Origin: Malacoraja senta
Taxonomy: Eukaryota
Length of the DNA stretch: 64,000 bases
Direction: 5' to 3'
Assembly (NCBI GenBank): GCA_038087875.1
Contig: JAXLNO010000385.1
Coordinates: 992,001-1,056,000, forward strand
The notes under the pieces were generated by a model. That model was not told where the DNA came from. It saw only the letters and a list, made by a program, of their open reading frames with translations, and did not search any database. Position 1 is the first letter of the stretch. Each line of letters begins with the position of its first letter. The position numbers and the translations under genes were made by a program. Below, piece by piece: positions 57,061 to 64,000 of this stretch.

Positions 57061-57810
57061 GCACTACAACATCTCACTTAGGAGTTCAATTTAAGACTAA
57101 CGGAATGCAGCAGACCGCGACGCTAACAAGCTAGTGGGCGTAACTACAAATGCAAGACATAGCATGAGCCACGAATCTACATCCCCCTCTTAAAGAATCA
57201 ATAACGATATATATCCATAACTAAGCAAAGCAAATATCACAACCCATGAGAGACTGGTGGAAAGTGAAACATAGTCCGCATACATCACGATCGGCCTGCA
57301 AACACGACCGGCACGTGCTCGATAGAGGCCATCTCCATTATTTTTCTCTGGGGAAAGAGCAGGCGATGTCACCGCCGTGGGGGGAGTGGACCAACGTCCC
57401 TGGAGTCGAAGCAGGAGACTGTGTCGCAGGCGAAAATGGAACAGACAGAGGAACTGCCGCAGGCATGGATTGTTGTGCTGGCAAGAGCATGCGGGGGTCA
57501 CTAGATGCAGATTGAAATGATCTTGTACGATCCGGATAATAAGAAGGAGGGATTGACTCGTTCACAGGCAGAAGATGTTGCGTCAGTAGGTGCCGCCATC
57601 GGCACTAACAATGTACCAGCGTGGCTCCGAAGCGGGACCAGACACCACCCCAATACGATCATGTCCTTTGTCAGTCTGTAAGAGGACCACCTATCCTTTG
57701 GTCAATGGTGGCAGTGGCTTACTCGTCATGTCGAACCATATCTTTTGAACGTCACGCTTTTGTTGCAAGCTGGATTGAACCTCATTTGGCGGCAACACAT
57801 GTGGGGTTAA
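57061..57810 (-). mobile_element. Gypsy A 3' fragment, copy 3 (partial LTR 57061-57181)
   Basis: Homologous to 4378-5094 and 26048-26783. Confidence 0.85.
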
Positions 57811-58073
57811 TGGAGAGAGAAGAGGGGAGAGAGAGGAGGATAGAGAAGGGAGAAAGAGAAGGGGTAGAGAGAGAAAAGAGAGAGGGAAGAGGGGAGAGAG
57901 AAGGGGGAGACGGGAGCGTGGGGTTCATTTTCCCACACAAGCCATAGGTCACTGGGCAACCTGAACCCAAGCACCAAGTTGAAAGCGGCCGAATGTGTGC
58001 ATTCCTCGGAACAGCCGGCAATATCCCACGGCCACCCTCCGTGGGCTGCGGGTCGGGTGGCGCGGAGGTTTGG

Positions 58074-59033
58074 GACTTTGCAGTATGACAACGGCGGCCA
58101 GTTCTCGAGTGCGGAGTTCCGCGCCTTCGCTGCCGCCTGGAACGTTCGCCACATCACCAGCAGCCCTAAGTACCCACAGAGCAACGGCCTTGCTGAGCGC
58201 GCCGCCCGCAGTGCCAAGGAGCTGTTGGAGCAGTGCAGACTATCGCACTCGGATTTTTACCTGGCCCTACTGAATCTCCGCAATATTTCTCGTGACTCAT
58301 GTCCCGCAGCACACGCCCTCCGATCCCTGTCTCCCAGCGATCCCTAGAGCCCGCGGTCCGCAGCCCTGCTGCTGTCCAGGAGCGCAATGCCCAGAAACAG
58401 GCTATCCAGAAGCGCTCCCACGACAAGTCCTGCCGTCCCCTTCCCCGTCTCTTCCAGGGCCAGGTCGTCCGGATGCAGTCCCCCTCAGGACACTACCGGC
58501 TGGCTGTGGTCGTCGGCTCTGCAGACTCTCCGCAGTCTTACCTGGTTGACTACGAGGGTACCACCTACCGCCGGTCCCGCCAGCATTTGCTGCCGGTCAA
58601 CGAGCCCGCTCCGCCCCCTGCAGCCCCTTTTGCACCTCCGGTTGCTACCTCTCTGCCTACCGCTCCTCACATGCCCAGAACTCTGCCCTCTCAACCCTTG
58701 GTGCCCCGTTCTCCCACTCCTCCTACCTCTCCCGCTCGCGTGCCCGCTGCGGTGCCCGTTTCTCCTCCCCGGTCTCCTCGTCCTCCCTCTCCTGCTCATT
58801 CTCCTGCCCGTTCCCCTATCACCGCTCCTGCTCCTGTCCCTGCACTCCTGCGGGGGGGGGGGGGGCGGCCTGCGTACCCGCTCCGGGCGGTTGGTCAAGC
58901 CGCCTATGCGTTACGGGGAGACTGCTTGAATGTTTCAAGTTTTTCCTGCCGGTGTACGCGCGGGTGTGTTTCTAGCGTATGAGTCGTGGTCGCACTGTCA
59001 TCATTGTAATGTTTTGTTTTCCAAGGGGAAGGA
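58074..59033 (+). mobile_element. Gypsy family B integrase 3' half + PPT (upstream tandem copy)
   Basis: DNGGQF, YPQSNGLAERA, YRRSRQHL, RTRSGRLVKPP. PPT aaggggaagga at 59023-59033. Near-identical to 63382-64000. Confidence 0.9.
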
Positions 59034-59243
59034 TGTAGATCAGTGCATGCTCCTTTAACATAGTGACCTCACCACTACTAACCACTCCCCATTATCTTCA
59101 GTATAATTGTAGCCACCATACCCCCAGCTCTCTCTCTAGCTCCGGTGACGGACCACGAACAGCTAGGGCACTATGTGTGTGTATGATTACTATGTCTGCA
59201 ATAAACTAGTAGTGAAGACTTCACGTGTCTGACAAGTCTTTAC
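59034..59243 (+). repeat. Gypsy B LTR (right boundary approximate)
   Basis: Starts TGTAGA immediately after the PPT; AATAAA at 59200. Confidence 0.7.
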
Positions 59244-59333
59244 TTGTCACAAAATTGAACCTTGCGTCTCCTGTCTATCGTTTTTTTTGTTGTTGTTTTC
59301 TCCCAGTTTTTCTTTTCCAACACTTTATTTACC

Positions 59334-62300
59334 ATGGCCAACTCGTGTCGTAAGCCTGACATGCTGGTGTTTGACTCCGACATCGTGCACCGGTGGACTG
59401 TCTTTAGGCACGACTTCGAGCATTACATCGCGATTGCTCATCCCAATGCTACCCCTGCGGTTACGGCTCACCTGCTCCTCAACCTGGCTGGCTCGGAGGC
59501 CATGGAACGTTCTGAATCGTTCGAGTACGCCGCTGGGGAGAATGCTCAGGACCCGGTATGTCTTACGACTAAATTTACCGCGCTATGTGACATTCCCACC
59601 AATTGCATTATAGAGCGGTTTAAGTTTTTCACCGGGCGCCAGAAACCCGGGGAGCACATCGACTCCTTCATTGCATCTTTGCGCACCTGGCTCAGCGTTG
59701 CCGCCTGGACGCGGTGACCCCCGACCAAATGATCAGGGATGTCCTAGTTCACGGCCTACAGGAGGAGAAGCTACGGGCAGAACTCTTGAGGAAGCCAGAC
59801 CTCACTTTAAACGAGGGTCTGCATGCCTCTCGCATGGCTGCTGCTGTCGACTCCGTATCTCCACCTGAGGCTCAGGACATTCACTATGCCGGTGCTGCTG
59901 GACGCCGGCGGAACGATGGCCCGCCACGCCTGCGTAGCACTCCCGCACCCGCGAGGGACAGCCCACGTCGCTGCCCCAACTGCAACTTCGCCAATCATCA
60001 ATTTAATGTTTTACCCTGCGCTGGGAAAATCTTGCAATTTCTGTAGGAAGCTGAATCACTTCTCCGCAGCATGTCGTTCCAGGGGCCAGCCTGTCCCTGC
60101 TCCGAGAAGGAGTCTAAACAACCTTGCTGTGACTGATAGCGCTCATGGTTCCCAGTACCATTCAGACGAACTCCCTGATTCTGATAACAGTTCCTCCCAT
60201 GATGAATCGCTTGTTTTTGCACTTTTGGGTGCACCTGCTTTGATATCTGATCCCTCAGTGCGAGTTACTGTGAATGGGATGACCTTTCCTGCAAAGGTCG
60301 ACACGGGGGCGTTTGCCAATGTTATGTCATTAAGCCTCTTTGAGCAGATAAGATCTGGTGAGAAGGTTACTGCCGACGACTCCCGCCTTCGTGCCTATGG
60401 GGGGGGGGGGGGAGTGCTCGTACCATTCGGGAAGGCAACCCTTATCTGCACAGTTCTGAAGACCTGTCGGCCCCTCTCTTTCCTCCTGCTGGAATCTGAG
60501 AATGTTACTCTGTTGGGCGCCTGTGCGTGCCAGGACCTCGGTTTGGTTTCCTTCCACCGCGATATCCACCTGGTGCAGGCCCCCATGGACCCCATGAGCG
60601 AGTACCCTGATCGTTTTGACGATGTATTGGGCAAACTACCCTTCAATTACGAAATCGATGTGGACCCGGGGGTCGTTCCGGTAATCCGCCCAGCTCACCG
60701 CATCTCCTTTGCCATGGACAGGGTGGAGTCGACTCTGCGCCACATGGTGGCCGTGGGCATCATCAAGGAGGTGAGTGATCCCACCCGGTGGGTCTCCACC
60801 ATGGTCGTTGCTGCTAAGAAGGACAAGAGTGAGATTCGGATCTGTATAAACCCCAAGGACCTGAACCTTGCCATCAAGCGCCCGCACTACCCCATGCGAA
60901 CGGTGGAGGACGTCGCTGCACTGGTTGGCCCAGCCACTGTCTTCTCTGTCATCGATGCCAAGAGCTCTTTCAGGCAGATTCCACTGGATGAACGTTCCTC
61001 CTTCCCGACCACATTCGGTACACCTTTCGGCAGGTTCCGTTTCCTCCGCATGCCTTTCGGGATCAATTCTGCCAGCGAGGTTTTCCAGCGCACCATGGAG
61101 CAGCTATTTACCTGTCTGCCGTGTGCTATCATCGTCGATGACATCTTAGTGTACGGGGGAGACGTCGCTGAGCACGACCTCCACCTCCGCCAAGTCCTGG
61201 ATAGGGCTCGTGAGATCAACCTCAAACTGAACCCCAGAAAGTGCCGTTTCCGCGTCCCGGAGGTCACGTACGTGGGCCACGTTTTCACGGCTGAGGGTCT
61301 GAAACCAGACCCACAGAAGACAGCTGCGGTCTCGGGGATGCCAGCTCCGGTCAACGTGCCCAGCCTGCAGCGCTTCTTGGGCATGGTGAACTACCTGGGG
61401 AAATTCATTCCCGACCTCAGCGAGCTGAGTGCGCCCCTGAGGGAACTGACCAAGAAGGACACTGCCTGGGTTTGGTACCCGCAGCATCAGACAGCCTTCG
61501 ATGCCCTGAAGTCCCGGCTGGTTTGCACCCCCACTCTCAAGTTCTTCGACTTAAAGCGCCCCATCGTCCTCACCTGCGATGCCTCGAACTTCGGTCTCGG
61601 TGCCGCCTCCCTGCAAATCCACGACCGCCTGCAACTACCTGTCTCCTAAACTTCCCGCACCATGACCCCTGCCGAGCAACGCTACGCTCAGATCGAGAAG
61701 GAGCTGACCGACCACCAGCCGCTGGTCACGATCTTGAACAAACCGATCCACGTTGCCTCTTCCCGTTTGCAGCGTATGATGCTGCAGCTCCAGCGCTTCA
61801 CGTTTCGAATCGTGTACCGAAAGGGCAAAGACATGTTTGTGGCTGACACGCTGTCCCGCGCACCGCTGGTGCCTACTGCCCGCCACCCGTACGAGTCATC
61901 CGACCTGATGGTACTAAACGTTAACTTTGTGCCTTCCCGGCAGATGCAGTCCCTGATTCATCACACTGCCAATGATCCTGCCCTGCAACAGCTTGTAGAC
62001 GTCATCCGTCGTGGCTGGCCTGACCGTCGCTCATCCTTGCCGGCTGGTGCTGCGCCCTACTTCCTAGTCCGGGATGAACTTGTGCTGCATGCCGGCGTGG
62101 TGGTGACAAAGGACAAAGGACAAAGGACATTTATTGTCACATACACCAAATGGTGTAGTGAAATTTGTTCTTGCCATGCAGCACAAATAGACACAACATT
62201 AAAGAAATTTAACATAAAACATAAAAACATCCCCCCCACAATGGATCCCACTGTGGGGGAAGGCACAAAGTCCAGTCCATATCCCCCATGTCCACCCATA

Positions 62301-64000
62301 GTCTGGCCTATATAGGCCTCCACAGTCGCCGCTACGGGGGCCGATGTTACAGGCCCTTCTTCGCCGGGTGATGGTGCTCCGGCGTCGGGAGAACCCTCTC
62401 AGCAGCTTGGGACACCTGGAACGGCCGTCTCCCTACCGGAGTCCGCGGCTTCCGAAGCCGACAGGCCGCGCTCGATGGAGCTCCACCACTGGCGATCTCG
62501 TCGCGAGATCCCACGATGTTCACCGGCGGTCCCAGTTCACCGGAGTTCCAGCGCGGCGTCCCGGGGCAAGGCATCACCCGCTCCGCGATAGCGCTCCAGC
62601 GCTGTGCCGCCCGCCCGCAGCTGACCACTGCAGTCCCGCAGCTCCGCGATGTTTCACCGGCGGTCCCCAGCTCACCGGAGTTCCAGCGCGGCGACCCGGG
62701 CAAGGCATCGCCCGCTCCGCTCCGCGTTAGCGCTCCAGCGCTGTGCCGCCGCCGAAGCCGAGGTTCTGGGCGGTCCCCTCAGGAAACGCCGCTCCAGGCC
62801 CGCTGGTAGTCCGCGAGGACAGGTCGAAAGTGCAGCCCGGAGAAAAGCTGCCTCTCCGACCAAGTATGGGACCCTAGAAAGTAGTTTCCCCCCTTCCCCC
62901 CCACCCCCCACATAAAAAGAATAGCTCCTAAAAACAAAACAACTAACTAACTAAAAATAAAAAAAAGATGAAAACGGACAGCTGCAGGCTGGGCAGCCAT
63001 ACCACACAGGGACGGCGCCCCCCTATGGGTTGTGGGACCACTATTTCCTAACTGCCCCACAGCGGCCATCCCGGAGCCGATGCCACCCTGTCCCAGGCCC
63101 CAGAGCCAATTTTATTGGCCCGGCATGGCACAGGACGCCTGCTCAACCTGCAATACCCTCTCTCCCCACCAGGCAAACGCCAGCCACTCCTGCAACAGCC
63201 TGCCCCCGACCTGGCGTGGATGGCGGTCGATACTGACATATTTGAGTGGCGTGGCAAAACATTTCCTGGACCTTGTAGACTCCTATTCCAGCTGGTTCGA
63301 GGTGGATCAGCTGCACTCCCTCACTTCTGCTGCTGTCATCGGGAAGCTGCGCCGCAACTTTGGGATCTTTGGCCCTTCTGTGACTTTGCAGTCTGACAAC
63401 GGCGGCCAGTTCTCGAGTGCGGAGTTCCGCGCCTTCGCTGCCGCCTGGAACTTTCGCCACATCACCAGCAGCCCTGAGTACCCACAGAGCAACGGCCTTG
63501 CTGAGCGCGCCGTCCGCAGTGCCAAGGAGCCGTTGGAGAAGTGCAGACTATCGCACTCGGATTTTTACCTGGCCCTACTGAATCTCCGCAATATTTCTCG
63601 TGACTCTGCCCCTGGGCTCGCCTGCTCAGCGGCTCATGTCCCGCACCACACGCCCTCCGATCCCTGTCTCCCAGCGATCCCTAGAGCCCGCGGTCCGCAG
63701 CCCTGCTGCTGTCCGGGAGCACATTGCCCAGAAACAGGCTATCCAGAAGCGCTCCCACGACAAGTCCTGCCGTCCCCTTCCGCGTCTCTTCCAGGGGCAA
63801 GGTCGTCCGGATGCAGTCCCCCCTCAGGGACACTACCGGCTGGCTGTGGTCGTCGGCTCTGCAGACTCTCCGCGGTCTTACCTGGTTGACTACGAGGGTA
63901 CCACCTACCGCCGGCCCCGCCAGCATTTGCTGCCGGTTCAACGAGCCCGCTCCGCCCTTCTGCAGCCCCTTTTGCACCTCCGGTTGCTACCTCTCTGCCT
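59334..64000 (+). pseudogene. Gypsy B gag-pol, frameshifted, interrupted at 62106-63023, runs off the window
   Basis: gag MANSCRKPDMLVFD and CCHC knuckle CNFCRKLNHFSAAC. Protease KVDTGA. RT RMPFGI, IVDDIL. RH TCDAS, TDHQPL. Integrase YWPGM..CSTC, DSYS, SDNG, GLAERAV. Confidence 0.93.
62106..63023 (-). mobile_element. Non-coding ~920-bp retroposon (SINE-like) nested in Gypsy B
   Basis: The minus strand ends hairpin-AATAAA-(TGTCCTT)n. GC-rich body with a ~132-bp-period duplication (62515-62750). It interrupts pol between RH and integrase. Confidence 0.7.

Noticed and set aside
62344..62915. ORFs within the nested retroposon
   Set aside because: GC-rich repeat-derived frames on both strands with no RT, recombinase or other motif.

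Overview
Repeat-only, gene-free eukaryotic window. The CR1 tails and tRNA-derived SINE fragments resemble cartilaginous-fish (skate/ray-like) families; this taxon call is an inference. Much of it is a CpG-rich, strand-polarised satellite built from GTTCGA/GATAGA/GATCGA hexamers. About 43 times (counted by eye) it is interrupted by a conserved ~70-bp cassette that, on the minus strand, looks like a Rex/Babar-type LINE 3' end (hairpins, AATAAA, (ATTC)n tail). Embedded elements are a decayed full-length L1 (5388-11756), CR1, Rex/Babar and Crack/L2-like LINE fragments, two Gypsy LTR families, a nested non-autonomous retroposon, and a ~17-kb polypurine/polypyrimidine domain containing a 200-N gap. 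The region has been reshaped by duplications at ~1.2, ~7-8, ~15.5 and ~31 kb offsets and by a templated inversion flanked by a 467-bp direct duplication. A strictly 16-bp-periodic TTCGG array with variable spacers lies at ~27170-27390. No intact host gene, RNA gene or CRISPR array is supported.
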